A DNA stretch of 64,000 bases, taken from Escherichia coli (GTDB lineage: Bacteria > Pseudomonadota > Gammaproteobacteria > Enterobacterales > Enterobacteriaceae). The translations under genes and the position numbers were made by a program. The stretch is from NCBI RefSeq assembly GCF_041886205.1, contig NZ_CP169029.1; one strand, 5' to 3'. Within the stretch, counting starts at the first letter, position 1. Each line of letters begins with the position of its first letter. Shown here piece after piece: positions 40,312 to 50,981 of the stretch. The notes under the pieces were generated by a model. It saw nothing but the letters and a program-made list of their open reading frames with translations. It was not told the origin of the DNA and searched no databases.

Positions 40312-40515
40312 TTAGTAATTCACCTGGGATGGACCATCGCCAGTGGCACGGTCGTTTTTATCCGGCACCGTGGATTGCGTTTGTGTCTCTACCGGTTTGG
40401 TCGGCGGCGGTGCATTTTTATCTGCAGGCGGGAAATAGAGCGGACCTTTCAGACCGCAGCCCGTCAGGCTGAAGAGAGTAAGTAATACAGTGAGTGCCTT
40501 AAACACGTTTTTCAT
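40312..40515 (-). CDS. yifL: Small lipoprotein YifL (LptM)
   Basis: 67-aa ORF MKNVFKALTVLLTLFSLTGC..., lipobox LTGC, Pro-rich tail. Confidence 0.92.
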   Translation of the reverse strand: MKNVFKALTVLLTLFSLTGCGLKGPLYFPPADKNAPPPTKPVETQTQSTVPDKNDRATGDGPSQVNY

Positions 40516-40703
40516 TATGGATTGCCTGTAAAGTTCATCGCTTTCTGCTTTCTATCATCGCAGGAGAAGGCGTAAAAGCAAGCGTTTAGCGACTCTTTAT
40601 GAAGTCTGAAAAGTGAGGAAATGCTGCGAGTATAACGCTTACTCGTGGGGATTTATGTTTTGCTGGTAGTTTCGTGATCGGCACCTCGCGCCAGGATGGC
40701 TTT

Positions 40704-42182
40704 ATGCACTATCGCAATGTGGTTTGTTTGTTGTCTTGTTCGTTGTTTTTATCGTCGGCATGGGGATGTCGGCTTGATGAGCCGGAACATAATATTTACC
40801 AGAAACAGGGAAAAGGCGTGGTGTACCTGCGCCCTTATAAAGAAACAAATCTTTCTCTACCTGACGTGAATTACAAGAGTTTGCGTCGTTTACCTAATTT
40901 ATTAATAGACGCAACAACACAAGATGAATGGAATAAAGAACCACCTCTGACTGATCTAACAACTGACAACCTCTATGAGGGCGCACAAGCCTGGTATCCC
41001 CATTACTCCTGGCATAGCGATGGTCGCTATATCCTCTACGCGGGTGAAGTAGTGCAAAATCCTCACGACGCACCACCCGTCGATATCGCCTCATTCAAGG
41101 CATGGGGAGATTTTGCCGCAGATAAACACAGTCTCTATTTTGAAGGCAAGCGCACCGATAACAATGGCGGGGGAAATCGCTTAGATATCAAAACACTGCA
41201 TCAGGTGGAATTCCGGCCTCCCTGGGATCCTGACTTACTGGGGCTGATATTACGTGACGCTAATTTCTTGTATATCAATGGGCATCGCCTCGCAGATCCC
41301 GATAGTTTCCGTGTGCTGGCACAAAAGTCATGGGATCAACGAGGAAAGTTTTCTACCGCGTTTAATCCCTGTGTGGCTATGCCATTTGGCCCATGGGATA
41401 CCCTGGCTCGTACACGGACCAAAATCCTGATCAACGGCGAACAGCTTGATGCCGACCCGGACACTTTTTCCGTCGTGCGCTGGATGCCCGGCTCACTCTT
41501 GACCTGGCGTGATAAAAACGGGCTGCAGCGTAAAGTCCTCGACAAGGAAAATCTGGCGTGGGATGAGGATTTAACAAAGCACTGTCTGGATTTTTCTCTG
41601 CTGGAAAAGAAAGTGTTCTGGCGTCGGGGGCCTGACTGTAAACAGGAAGAATTACCGGGACTCGATCCGGAACAGTTTCACCCCATCAGTGATGCTGTCG
41701 CACAGTATCAGGACTCGCTTTATACCATCATCGAAACAGAGTCTGGTGACCGCAAGCTGGAGATCGTGAAACTTGATGATCCTAATCTTATTATCAACAA
41801 ACGTTTCAACGCCGGGAAACGCCACGGCTATTTACTTACGCGTGCCGAAGGGTGGCCAAACCATTCCGGTTTACACGTGTTTGAATCTGATGGACCGCTG
41901 ATCTTACTGGATAACCGCTCTCCGGATGAACGCGAAGCCCATCTTAATGACCATCCCTTTTTGCGCAGATGGTATGCCCGCGATAACCGCTACGTTTACA
42001 GCTTTGATGGCGCGCAGCTCTGGCGATACCGCACCGCGGATCCGAAACAAGTTCGCTTAATCTGGAAGGAACAACATTCGGGATATGGCTATGGCGTAAA
42101 TTACAAAACGGGATATCTGGACGGAAAAATTACCGATGACGGCGAATTTATTCCTGCCCCGCGCAATGAGGCGACAAAATGA
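40704..42182 (+). CDS. Exported repeat protein with DKNYY-like motifs, function unknown (paralog 1 of a tandem pair)
   Basis: 492-aa ORF from ATG 40704 with AGGA 5 nt upstream (in-frame GTG at 40674); N-terminal hydrophobic signal MHYRNVVCLLSCSLFLSSAWGC; repeated D-x-x-SF...DK-x-x-LY-[FY]-x-G-K motifs such as VDIASFKAWGDFAADKHSLYFEGKR; not matched to any K-12 protein I recall. Confidence 0.75.
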   Translation: MHYRNVVCLLSCSLFLSSAWGCRLDEPEHNIYQKQGKGVVYLRPYKETNLSLPDVNYKSLRRLPNLLIDATTQDEWNKEPPLTDLTTDNLYEGAQAWYPHYSWHSDGRYILYAGEVVQNPHDAPPVDIASFKAWGDFAADKHSLYFEGKRTDNNGGGNRLDIKTLHQVEFRPPWDPDLLGLILRDANFLYINGHRLADPDSFRVLAQKSWDQRGKFSTAFNPCVAMPFGPWDTLARTRTKILINGEQLDADPDTFSVVRWMPGSLLTWRDKNGLQRKVLDKENLAWDEDLTKHCLDFSLLEKKVFWRRGPDCKQEELPGLDPEQFHPISDAVAQYQDSLYTIIETESGDRKLEIVKLDDPNLIINKRFNAGKRHGYLLTRAEGWPNHSGLHVFESDGPLILLDNRSPDEREAHLNDHPFLRRWYARDNRYVYSFDGAQLWRYRTADPKQVRLIWKEQHSGYGYGVNYKTGYLDGKITDDGEFIPAPRNEATK

Positions 42183-43501
42183 ATGGTCAAATAATCACTG
42201 TTGCACTCATCCTGTTGGGGCACATATTTCTGACGCCTGCTGTACAGGCCATAGGGTTCGACTATTACAATGATCACGGTGTTATGTCTTACGGTAAAGG
42301 TTATGGGGAGGATGAGAAAATCATTGCCCAATTTCCGAAGATGAACAGAGCCGATTTGCGCCTTGTGACAAATATATCCGGGGAGCGGGAGTTGGTGGAA
42401 GGCTATATACCCACCGATGAAATAAGCATAAAAAATGAGGAATACCACTGGGTGACAGACGGCCGCGTTATTCTCTGGCGTGGCAAAATCGTTAGCAATC
42501 CACCGGGAACACCCACTGTCGATATTGCCAGCTTTCAGGCTATGGGCCGCTTCGCGGTCGATAAATATAGCCTCTATTTTGACGGACAGCGCACCGAAAG
42601 TAATAGCGGCGCGTCACGTGTTGATCTGGCGACACTAAAAGCTATCGAAGGTAACTCTACCACGCTGGTGGATAGTAAAAATCTCTATTTGTCCGGTCGA
42701 CGTCAGGGGAGCAGCAGTAATGTTACTGTATTAGAAAAAAGATGGTGGGGTATTAATCCACGTCTTATGAGTGTAAACAGAAATTTGTATTCCAATGATC
42801 TGCTTATCCGCAGTGGGCAGAATATTTATTTAAATGGCGTTCACCTTACGGCGAATGCAGACTCATTTGAGATAATTCGCTGGAGACCTCATTCACTGCT
42901 GGTTTTTCGCGACAATAAGGGTCTGCATCGTTATCCCTTTGGTCAATTATCAGGCAAGGCAATACCCGTAGATGATGACGTCTCTTTTGAAGTAGGGGAA
43001 AGTCGCGTTCGCTGGCGTAAACAGCTCACGTCCGACCGTCAGTGGAGCAAGTGGATAGACCTACCAGGTATTGAACCTGAACAATTCCATCTGATTACTG
43101 GCAATATTGCGCAGTATAAAGATCGTCTGTATGTAACAAAATTATCGACTTTTGGTGAAGACCAGCTTGAAATAATTCTGCTGGATTCGCCAGACCTGGT
43201 CATTGATAACTCATTTAATGGCGGCAAACAACATGTTTACTTTATCCGCCAATTACGGTCAAAGAGCGTGCAAATTATTCCAACTAACGGCCCGCTAATT
43301 AAAAACGATCGCTTCGCTTATGACGATCGCAATGTTTATACATGGACCGATACAGAGGTAAGGATTACGCCCTCCCCCTGCCCGGCGAAAACACACGTCA
43401 GAGAAGAGAATGTGCGTGAACTTCACAACAGAGACATTATTATTCCGTTGACGGATGAATCATGCCAGAACGCAGCAGACGAGCAAACTTTGAAGCCCTG
43501 A
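42179..43501 (+). CDS. Exported repeat protein with DKNYY-like motifs, function unknown (paralog 2 of a tandem pair)
   Basis: 440-aa ORF; ATG overlaps the upstream TGA (ATGA); GAGG about 9 nt upstream; signal peptide MNGQIITVALILLGHIFLTPAVQA; aligns with the upstream ORF (VDIASFQAMGRFAVDKYSLYFDGQR, PGIEPEQFHLITGNIAQYKDRLY). Confidence 0.75.
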   Translation: MNGQIITVALILLGHIFLTPAVQAIGFDYYNDHGVMSYGKGYGEDEKIIAQFPKMNRADLRLVTNISGERELVEGYIPTDEISIKNEEYHWVTDGRVILWRGKIVSNPPGTPTVDIASFQAMGRFAVDKYSLYFDGQRTESNSGASRVDLATLKAIEGNSTTLVDSKNLYLSGRRQGSSSNVTVLEKRWWGINPRLMSVNRNLYSNDLLIRSGQNIYLNGVHLTANADSFEIIRWRPHSLLVFRDNKGLHRYPFGQLSGKAIPVDDDVSFEVGESRVRWRKQLTSDRQWSKWIDLPGIEPEQFHLITGNIAQYKDRLYVTKLSTFGEDQLEIILLDSPDLVIDNSFNGGKQHVYFIRQLRSKSVQIIPTNGPLIKNDRFAYDDRNVYTWTDTEVRITPSPCPAKTHVREENVRELHNRDIIIPLTDESCQNAADEQTLKP

Positions 43502-43548
43502 CCCCATGCCGCTATACTGCCGCCATCACTTAAAAACAGGATACAACA

Positions 43549-43869
43549 ATGAACGACAGTGAATTTCATCGCCTGGCTGATCAACTCTGGCTGACCATTG
43601 AAGAACGCCTGGACGACTGGGATGGCGACAGCGATATCGACTGCGAAATCAACGGCGGTGTACTGACCATTACCTTTGAAAACGGCAGCAAAATCATTAT
43701 CAACCGCCAGGAACCGCTCCACCAGGTATGGCTGGCAACCAAACAGGGCGGCTACCATTTTGACCTGAAAGGCGATGAGTGGATTTGCGATCGCAGCGGC
43801 GAAACCTTCTGGGATTTGCTGGAACAGGCGGCGACGCAGCAGGCGGGTGAAACAGTCAGTTTCCGCTAA
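43549..43869 (+). CDS. cyaY: Frataxin homolog CyaY (iron-sulfur cluster assembly)
   Basis: 106-aa [36 protein letters not shown]... Confidence 0.96.
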
Positions 43870-43908
43870 GATTGCATGCCGGATAAGCCTCGCTTTCCGG
43901 CACGCTCA

Positions 43909-46455
43909 TCACGAAAAATACTGCTGTAATAGCGGCGTGTCATGATCCTGATTGGCAGGCGGCATGTTACCGATAGATTTTGTGCGGAACGGAATCACCT
44001 GTTCACGACCATCAACCTTCACAATCTGATAGAACTGCGGCAGGTTGAAGTTGATGAAGCTTGAGCCGTAGGTGAAGCGGTCGTGCGATGACGAGTAGAA
44101 GCGACTGACGTCACGCACCAGCTCCTCTTTGCTGCCTTCGCAGTGGTGATACACCTCAACCCGGTTGCTTTCGTCGAGAATGTAGATATTAAAGCCATTC
44201 TCATCTTGCGTTTCTTCGAAAAAGAACTGGATGATCCCTTCGCTGGCAAAGCCGTCCACCACCGCCGGTAATTTGACGTGATTGGTTTCAACCTGCACTG
44301 ACAGGCCGTGCAGTTTGTTATGCGAAATAGCGCCATAAAACTCGATGGCGTTTTCCAGTTTCTGTACCGATACATTCAGGCGTTCGAAGAACAACCCCCA
44401 GGTTTGACCAGAAACGCGCAGCGCCTTGAAGCGTCCGGTTTCCTGGCGGGTGCTGGAAAGACGCAGTTCAATACACTCAGAAACCAGTTGCTGCACGCGA
44501 GTACGGATTAAGCCGCGCAGATGCTGGCTATAACAGAAGACTTCCACGCTATCTGGCGGTGCGGCGTCCTGATGCATTTTGCCGAGAATAGTTTTCAGGG
44601 CTTCGATCATCGATTGCTCGCCGTTGAAGTGCAGCGTACGCACTTCGTTCCACGAGTTGCGGTACAGCAGGTCAACGCTACCTACCAGGCAATTTTGATT
44701 CTCGCCAAAGCTGAAGACATCCAGCTTACGGAAATCAAAATGCACCACCTGATTGCGGAACGCAGCTGTCGGGTCATATTCCAGGTTAACGATAATCGCC
44801 AGATGGCGGATCTCACACGGGCTGTAGAGCGCCTTCGGTGTCGGTGCAGGTAAGCGCAGCGGGAAATGGTGCGACACGTCGGCGACCATCTCCTGCAACT
44901 TAGGCAAATCGACAATGCCGTTACCTTTAATATACAAGCGGGTGCGCGAGGTCAGCAGGCCGTTAAACCATGCCCACGCCACCAGTTTATTCAGGTAACG
45001 GTTATATTCCAGCGGCTGATGGCTGATGATCGACTCAATATTTGGCGCGCGGTTATACAGATACCAACCTGAACGGTTAGCCCGGCCCGGCGGCACATAA
45101 ATAAAGGTCAGATTCGGTTCCGAGAGATCGGGTGAAATCTGCGGGTTTACCAGAGTTACTTTACCTGGCAATGCTTCAAACGCGGCATACAGCTTACGCG
45201 TCAGCACACCGATATCCTGCGGGCTGGCGGAAACGCTAAGGTTATTGCGACGCGCAAAGCGGATCAGATTGCGGTAGCTCTGCATCATCGCGTCGAGCAA
45301 CTCGTTGTGCGCCTCACGCACCTGATCAATCTTCCAGTTAGCGCGGTTATCGAGCATTGCCAGACGAGCATCGTCCCAACCCCACTCGCTCACTAACTGG
45401 CTCAACACTGCGCGACGCCAGCCTACGCAGGCGCGTTCACGGCTGAGCTTTTCGCACACTTTTAAATAGAAGCAGCGACGTACTAAATCCAGACGGGTGA
45501 AATCTTCAATCGCCGTCAGGTATTCAGTAACACGCTCCAGCATCATGCAGTATGGATCGAGACCAAACGATACAATCTCGCCGTCGTGCAAACGCTGTTT
45601 GATATCTTTCGCCAGCAGACGTGGGTTCGGGTATTCCCAGGAATAGGCTTCCAGCAGCAGTGTTTTCAGCACCGCTTTGTATGGGGAATCGATACTCTTG
45701 TAGAGCTGCCAAAGGCTGGCACCAAAGTACTCTTCAGCAGAAAGCGAGCTTAAGCCACCGAGATCCAGCCATTCATTTGGCGTCAGCACGCCCTGCGCGT
45801 AAAGCGTCATCACATAGTCATCGTAATGCTCTTCTTCGTCGCACGGCACCATATTCCACAGAATACGCTTACCGGCGAGACGCACGGCGGTACGATAAAA
45901 TTCGTCAAGCAGCAGTATATGCTGGGTGGAGCCACAATCTTCGCCCCCCAGGCTGCCGCTTTCATTATGACGGAAGCGATTTTCATCAATCAGGAAGAAG
46001 CTGACTTCCACACCCAGCGAGGCGGCCCAGCTTTCCAGCAGGCTGCATTTACGTTGTAGTAACTGGCGCTCTTCGCTATCGAGCCAGGATTGATGACAGA
46101 CCCAGATATCCAGGTCAGAGGAACAACTTTGCCCTACGGACGAGGTGCTGCCCATGGTGTATACACCAGTAATTGGAAGCTCACCTTTCGGCGGATCCTG
46201 TACTGACATTCCACGATACAGTTCAAGCTCGTTCAGGTAGTGGCGTTGAGTTTCATCAGGCGTGTAAAGGCAAATGCCTTTGGGAACGTTACCATCAAGG
46301 TAACCCGGCATTAGCGGATGGTGATAGTGCAACAATGTCGGCAGTAGACTGTAGACCTGTTGGAATGCAGGCCCCATAGCAGCAAGCGCGCGATCCACAC
46401 GCAATTGATTTATGGCATCCAGTCTCTGTTTCAGAGTCTCAATATAGAGGTACAA
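43909..46455 (-). CDS. cyaA: Adenylate cyclase CyaA
   Basis: 848-aa ORF (M)[27 protein letters not shown]...; the initiation codon is TTG (plus-strand caa at 46453..46455), as in K-12. Confidence 0.96.
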   Translation of the reverse strand: MYLYIETLKQRLDAINQLRVDRALAAMGPAFQQVYSLLPTLLHYHHPLMPGYLDGNVPKGICLYTPDETQRHYLNELELYRGMSVQDPPKGELPITGVYTMGSTSSVGQSCSSDLDIWVCHQSWLDSEERQLLQRKCSLLESWAASLGVEVSFFLIDENRFRHNESGSLGGEDCGSTQHILLLDEFYRTAVRLAGKRILWNMVPCDEEEHYDDYVMTLYAQGVLTPNEWLDLGGLSSLSAEEYFGASLWQLYKSIDSPYKAVLKTLLLEAYSWEYPNPRLLAKDIKQRLHDGEIVSFGLDPYCMMLERVTEYLTAIEDFTRLDLVRRCFYLKVCEKLSRERACVGWRRAVLSQLVSEWGWDDARLAMLDNRANWKIDQVREAHNELLDAMMQSYRNLIRFARRNNLSVSASPQDIGVLTRKLYAAFEALPGKVTLVNPQISPDLSEPNLTFIYVPPGRANRSGWYLYNRAPNIESIISHQPLEYNRYLNKLVAWAWFNGLLTSRTRLYIKGNGIVDLPKLQEMVADVSHHFPLRLPAPTPKALYSPCEIRHLAIIVNLEYDPTAAFRNQVVHFDFRKLDVFSFGENQNCLVGSVDLLYRNSWNEVRTLHFNGEQSMIEALKTILGKMHQDAAPPDSVEVFCYSQHLRGLIRTRVQQLVSECIELRLSSTRQETGRFKALRVSGQTWGLFFERLNVSVQKLENAIEFYGAISHNKLHGLSVQVETNHVKLPAVVDGFASEGIIQFFFEETQDENGFNIYILDESNRVEVYHHCEGSKEELVRDVSRFYSSSHDRFTYGSSFINFNLPQFYQIVKVDGREQVIPFRTKSIGNMPPANQDHDTPLLQQYFS

Positions 46456-46841
46456 GACGTATCGCCTGATTTGCTACCCGTCATGACTGTGATTCCGCCA
46501 ACATCAACGGTAACACGCGGCATTCGGGATATTTCGTATGTCAAAGGTAACCGTTACCACTTTTCGCGCCTGGTTTTTTTAGTTTCACGACGAAAAAATG
46601 GTCTAAAACGTGATCAATTTAACACCTTGCTGATTGACCGTAAAGAAAGATGCGCTACATACAAGTGTAGCACCGTTTATTCTCTGTAAATTCCTTATTA
46701 CGACGGCGTGAAACGCCTGTCAGGATCCACTGCCAGACCTCATTTTACGGTTTGCGCAGGCGTCTACGTTTCACCACAACACTGACATCACTCTGGCAAG
46801 GATGTTAGGATGGACCACGGATGATAATGACGGTAACAAGC

Positions 46842-47783
46842 ATGTTAGACAATGTTTTAAGAATTGCCACACGCCAAAGCCCACTTGCACTCTGGCAGGC
46901 ACACTATGTCAAAGACAAGTTGATGGCGAGCCATCCGGGCCTGGTCGTTGAACTGGTACCGATGGTGACGCGCGGCGATGTGATTCTTGATACGCCGCTG
47001 GCGAAAGTAGGCGGAAAAGGCTTATTTGTAAAAGAGCTGGAAGTCGCGCTCCTCGAAAATCGCGCCGATATCGCCGTACACTCAATGAAAGATGTGCCGG
47101 TTGAATTCCCGCAAGGTCTGGGACTGGTCACTATTTGTGAGCGTGAAGATCCTCGCGATGCCTTTGTGTCCAATAACTATGACAGTCTGGATGCGTTACC
47201 GGCAGGCAGTATCGTCGGGACGTCCAGTTTACGTCGCCAGTGCCAACTGGCTGAACGCCGCCCGGATCTGATTATCCGCTCCCTGCGCGGCAACGTCGGC
47301 ACTCGCCTGAGTAAACTGGATAACGGCGAATACGATGCCATCATTCTTGCCGTAGCCGGACTAAAACGTTTAGGTCTGGAGTCCCGCATTCGCGCCGCGT
47401 TACCGCCCGAGATTTCTCTTCCGGCGGTAGGACAAGGTGCGGTCGGTATTGAATGCCGCCTTGATGATACACGCACTCGCGAGCTGCTTGCCGCGCTGAA
47501 TCACCACGAAACTGCACTGCGCGTTACCGCAGAACGCGCCATGAATACCCGTCTCGAAGGCGGATGTCAGGTGCCAATTGGTAGCTACGCCGAGCTTATT
47601 GATGGCGAAATCTGGCTGCGTGCGCTGGTCGGCGCGCCGGACGGTTCGCAGATTATTCGCGGTGAACGCCGCGGTGCGCCGCAAGATGCCGAACAAATGG
47701 GGATTTCGCTGGCAGAAGAGCTACTGAATAACGGCGCGCGCGAGATCCTCGCTGAAGTCTATAACGGAGACGCCCCGGCATGA
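46842..47783 (+). CDS. hemC: Porphobilinogen deaminase (hydroxymethylbilane synthase) HemC
   Basis: 313-aa product from [23 protein letters not shown]...; divergent from cyaA. Confidence 0.96.
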
Positions 47784-48520
47784 GTATCCTGGTCACCCGC
47801 CCGTCTCCCGCTGGAGAAGAGTTAGTGAGCCGTCTGCGCACACTGGGGCAGGTGGCCTGGCATTTTCCGCTGATTGAGTTTTCTCCGGGTCGACAATTAC
47901 CGCAACTTGCTGATCAACTGGCAGCGCTGGAGGAGAGCGATCTGTTGTTTGCCCTCTCGCAACACGCTGTTGCTTTTGCCCAATCACAGCTGCATCAGCA
48001 AGATCGTAAATGGCCCCGACTACCTGATTATTTCGCCATTGGACGCACCACCGCACTGGCACTACATACCGTAAGCGGACAGAAGATTCTCTACCCGCAG
48101 GATCGGGAAATCAGCGAAGTCTTGCTACAATTACCTGAATTACAAAATATTGCGGGCAAACGTGCGCTGATATTACGTGGCAATGGCGGTCGTGAGCTAA
48201 TTGGGGATACCCTGACGGCGCGCGGTGCTGAGGTCACTTTTTGTGAATGTTATCAACGATGCGCAATCCATTACGATGGTGCAGAAGAAGCGATGCGCTG
48301 GCAATCCCGCGAGGTGACGACGGTCGTTGTTACCAGCGGTGAAATGTTGCAGCAACTCTGGTCGCTGATCCCACAATGGTATCGTGAGCACTGGTTACTA
48401 CACTGTCGACTATTGGTCGTCAGTGAGCGTTTGGCGAAACTCGCCCGGGAACTGGGCTGGCAAGACATTAAGGTCGCCGATAACGCTGACAACGATGCGC
48501 TTTTACGGGCATTACAATAA
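47780..48520 (+). CDS. hemD: Uroporphyrinogen-III synthase HemD
   Basis: 246-aa [22 protein letters not shown]...; ATGA overlap with the hemC stop. Confidence 0.95.
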
Positions 48521-48541
48521 CTCTCATAACAGGAAGCCATA

Positions 48542-49741
48542 ATGACGGAACAAGAAAAAACCTCCGCCGTGGTTGAAGAGACCAGGGAGGCCGTGGACAC
48601 CACGTCACAACCTGTCGCAACAGAAAAAAAGAGTAAGAACAATACCGCATTGATTCTCAGCGCGGTGGCTATCGCTATTGCTCTGGCGGCGGGCGTCGGT
48701 TTGTATGGCTGGGGTAAACAACAGGCCGTCAATCAGACCGCCACCAGCGATGCCCTGGCTAACCAACTGACGGCATTGCAAAAAGCCCAGGAGAACCAAA
48801 AAGCCGAGCTGGAAGGCATTATCAAGCAACAGGCTACGCAGCTTGAACAGGCGAATCGTCAGCAAGAAACGCTGGCAAAACAGTTGTATGAAGTCCAACA
48901 AAAGGTCGCCACCATTTCCGGCAGCGATGCTAAAACCTGGCTGCTGGCTCAGGCCGATTTTCTGGTGAAACTCGCCGGACGGAAGCTGTGGAGCGATCAG
49001 GACGTCACGACCGCTGCAGCGTTGCTGAAAAGTGCAGACGCCAGCCTGGCGGATATGAATGACCCGAGTCTGATTACCATTCGTCGGGCAATTACCGATG
49101 ATATCGCCAGCCTTTCTGCAGTATCGCAGGTGGATTATGACGGCATCATCCTTAAGCTTAATCAGCTTTCAAATCAGGTAGATAACCTGCGTCTGGCCGA
49201 TAATGACAGCGATGGTTCGCCGATGGATTCCGACGGTGAAGAGCTTTCCAGTTCCATCAGCGAATGGCGTATCAATTTGCAAAAAAGCTGGCAGAACTTT
49301 ATGGACAACTTCATTACGATTCGCCGTCGTGATGACACCGCCGTACCGCTGTTAGCGCCAAATCAGGATATCTATCTGCGCGAAAATATTCGCTCTCGCC
49401 TGCTGGTCGCTGCACAAGCTGTACCGCGTCATCAGGAAGAGACTTATCGCCAGGCGCTGGAGAACGTCTCCACCTGGGTACGTGCTTACTACGATACTGA
49501 TGATGCCACCACCAAAGCATTCCTCGACGAGGTGGACCAGTTAAGCCAGCAAAATATCTCGATGGATCTTCCGGAAACCCTGCAAAGCCAGGCGATGCTG
49601 GAAAAACTGATGCAGACTCGCGTGCGTAACCTGCTGGCACAACCGGCAGCGGAGACAACGGAAGCTAAACCTGCACCTGCACCTGCACCTGCACCTGCAC
49701 CGCAAGCTGATACTCCGGCAGCCGCGCCGCAAGGAGAATAA
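48542..49741 (+). CDS. hemX: HemX membrane protein (putative uroporphyrinogen-III C-methyltransferase family)
   Basis: 399-aa [27 protein letters not shown]...; N-terminal TM segment, coiled coil, C-terminal (PA)n tract. Confidence 0.93.
   Translation: MTEQEKTSAVVEETREAVDTTSQPVATEKKSKNNTALILSAVAIAIALAAGVGLYGWGKQQAVNQTATSDALANQLTALQKAQENQKAELEGIIKQQATQLEQANRQQETLAKQLYEVQQKVATISGSDAKTWLLAQADFLVKLAGRKLWSDQDVTTAAALLKSADASLADMNDPSLITIRRAITDDIASLSAVSQVDYDGIILKLNQLSNQVDNLRLADNDSDGSPMDSDGEELSSSISEWRINLQKSWQNFMDNFITIRRRDDTAVPLLAPNQDIYLRENIRSRLLVAAQAVPRHQEETYRQALENVSTWVRAYYDTDDATTKAFLDEVDQLSQQNISMDLPETLQSQAMLEKLMQTRVRNLLAQPAAETTEAKPAPAPAPAPAPQADTPAAAPQGE
49670..49699. repeat. Perfect (CCTGCA)x5 hexanucleotide tandem repeat inside hemX
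   Basis: cctgcacctgcacctgcacctgcacctgca, encoding [10 protein letters not shown] near the HemX C-terminus. Confidence 0.9.
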
Positions 49742-49743
49742 CC

Positions 49744-50940
49744 ATGCTAAAAGTGTTATTGCTCTTTGTGTTGCTGATTGCGGGGATCGTGGTTGGCCCG
49801 ATGATTGCCGGTCATCAGGGTTATGTGCTGATCCAGACCGACAACTACAATATCGAAACCAGCGTCACGGGCCTCGCGATTATTTTGATTCTGGCGATGG
49901 TAGTACTGTTTGCCATTGAGTGGCTACTGCGGCGGATCTTCCGCACTGGCGCGCACACCCGTGGGTGGTTTGTCGGGCGTAAGCGTCGCCGTGCACGTAA
50001 GCAGACCGAACAGGCGCTGCTGAAACTGGCGGAAGGCGATTATCAGCAAGTTGAAAAGCTGATGGCGAAAAATGCCGATCACGCGGAACAACCGGTGGTG
50101 AACTATCTACTGGCTGCCGAAGCCGCGCAACAACGTGGTGATGAAGCACGCGCCAACCAACATCTGGAACGCGCAGCGGAGCTGGCCGGCAATGACACCA
50201 TTCCGGTAGAAATCACCCGTGTACGTCTGCAACTGGCCCGTAATGAAAACCATGCTGCACGCCACGGCGTGGATAAGCTGCTGGAAGTTACGCCACGCCA
50301 TCCGGAAGTATTACGTCTGGCAGAACAGGCGTATATCCGCACAGGTGCATGGAGTTCGCTGCTGGATATTATCCCATCAATGGCGAAAGCCCATGTTGGT
50401 GATGAAGAACATCGTGCAATGCTGGAACAACAGGCATGGATTGGCCTGATGGATCAGGCGCGTGCCGATAACGGTAGCGAAGGTTTGCGTAACTGGTGGA
50501 AAAACCAAAGCCGGAAAACGCGTCATCAGGTAGCGTTGCAGGTGGCAATGGCGGAACATCTTATTGAATGTGACGATCATGATACTGCCCAGCAAATTAT
50601 CATCGACGGCCTGAAACGCCAGTATGACGATCGTCTGCTGCTGCCGATTCCGCGTCTGAAAACCAATAACCCGGAACAGCTGGAAAAAGTGCTGCGCCAA
50701 CAGATCAAAAACGTCGGCGATCGCCCGCTGTTGTGGAGCACACTGGGTCAGTCGCTGATGAAGCACGGCGAATGGCAGGAAGCATCGCTCGCCTTCCGTG
50801 CAGCGCTGAAACAACGTCCGGACGCCTACGATTACGCATGGCTTGCCGACGCGCTGGACAGACTGCACAAGCCGGAAGAAGCCGCAGCGATGCGTCGCGA
50901 CGGTTTGATGTTAACGTTGCAGAATAACCCGCCACAGTAG
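49744..50940 (+). CDS. hemY: HemY protein (TPR-containing inner-membrane protein)
   Basis: 398-aa ORF MLKVLLLFVLLIAGIVVGPMIAGHQGYVLIQTDNY...; starts 2 nt after the hemX stop. Confidence 0.95.
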   Translation: MLKVLLLFVLLIAGIVVGPMIAGHQGYVLIQTDNYNIETSVTGLAIILILAMVVLFAIEWLLRRIFRTGAHTRGWFVGRKRRRARKQTEQALLKLAEGDYQQVEKLMAKNADHAEQPVVNYLLAAEAAQQRGDEARANQHLERAAELAGNDTIPVEITRVRLQLARNENHAARHGVDKLLEVTPRHPEVLRLAEQAYIRTGAWSSLLDIIPSMAKAHVGDEEHRAMLEQQAWIGLMDQARADNGSEGLRNWWKNQSRKTRHQVALQVAMAEHLIECDDHDTAQQIIIDGLKRQYDDRLLLPIPRLKTNNPEQLEKVLRQQIKNVGDRPLLWSTLGQSLMKHGEWQEASLAFRAALKQRPDAYDYAWLADALDRLHKPEEAAAMRRDGLMLTLQNNPPQ

Positions 50941-50950
50941 TTCCTTCTCA

Positions 50951-50981
50951 CCCGGAGGAAAGCACCTCCGGGACCTTTCTG
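50951..50981 (+). terminator. Probable terminator of the hemCDXY operon
   Basis: Hairpin cccggagg-aaagca-cctccggg followed by a T-rich tract, 10 nt after the hemY stop. Confidence 0.45.

Noticed and set aside
49670-49699. Possible CRISPR or other non-coding repeat
   Set aside because: A 6-bp in-frame microsatellite inside hemX encoding (PA)n; far too short, and no spacers.
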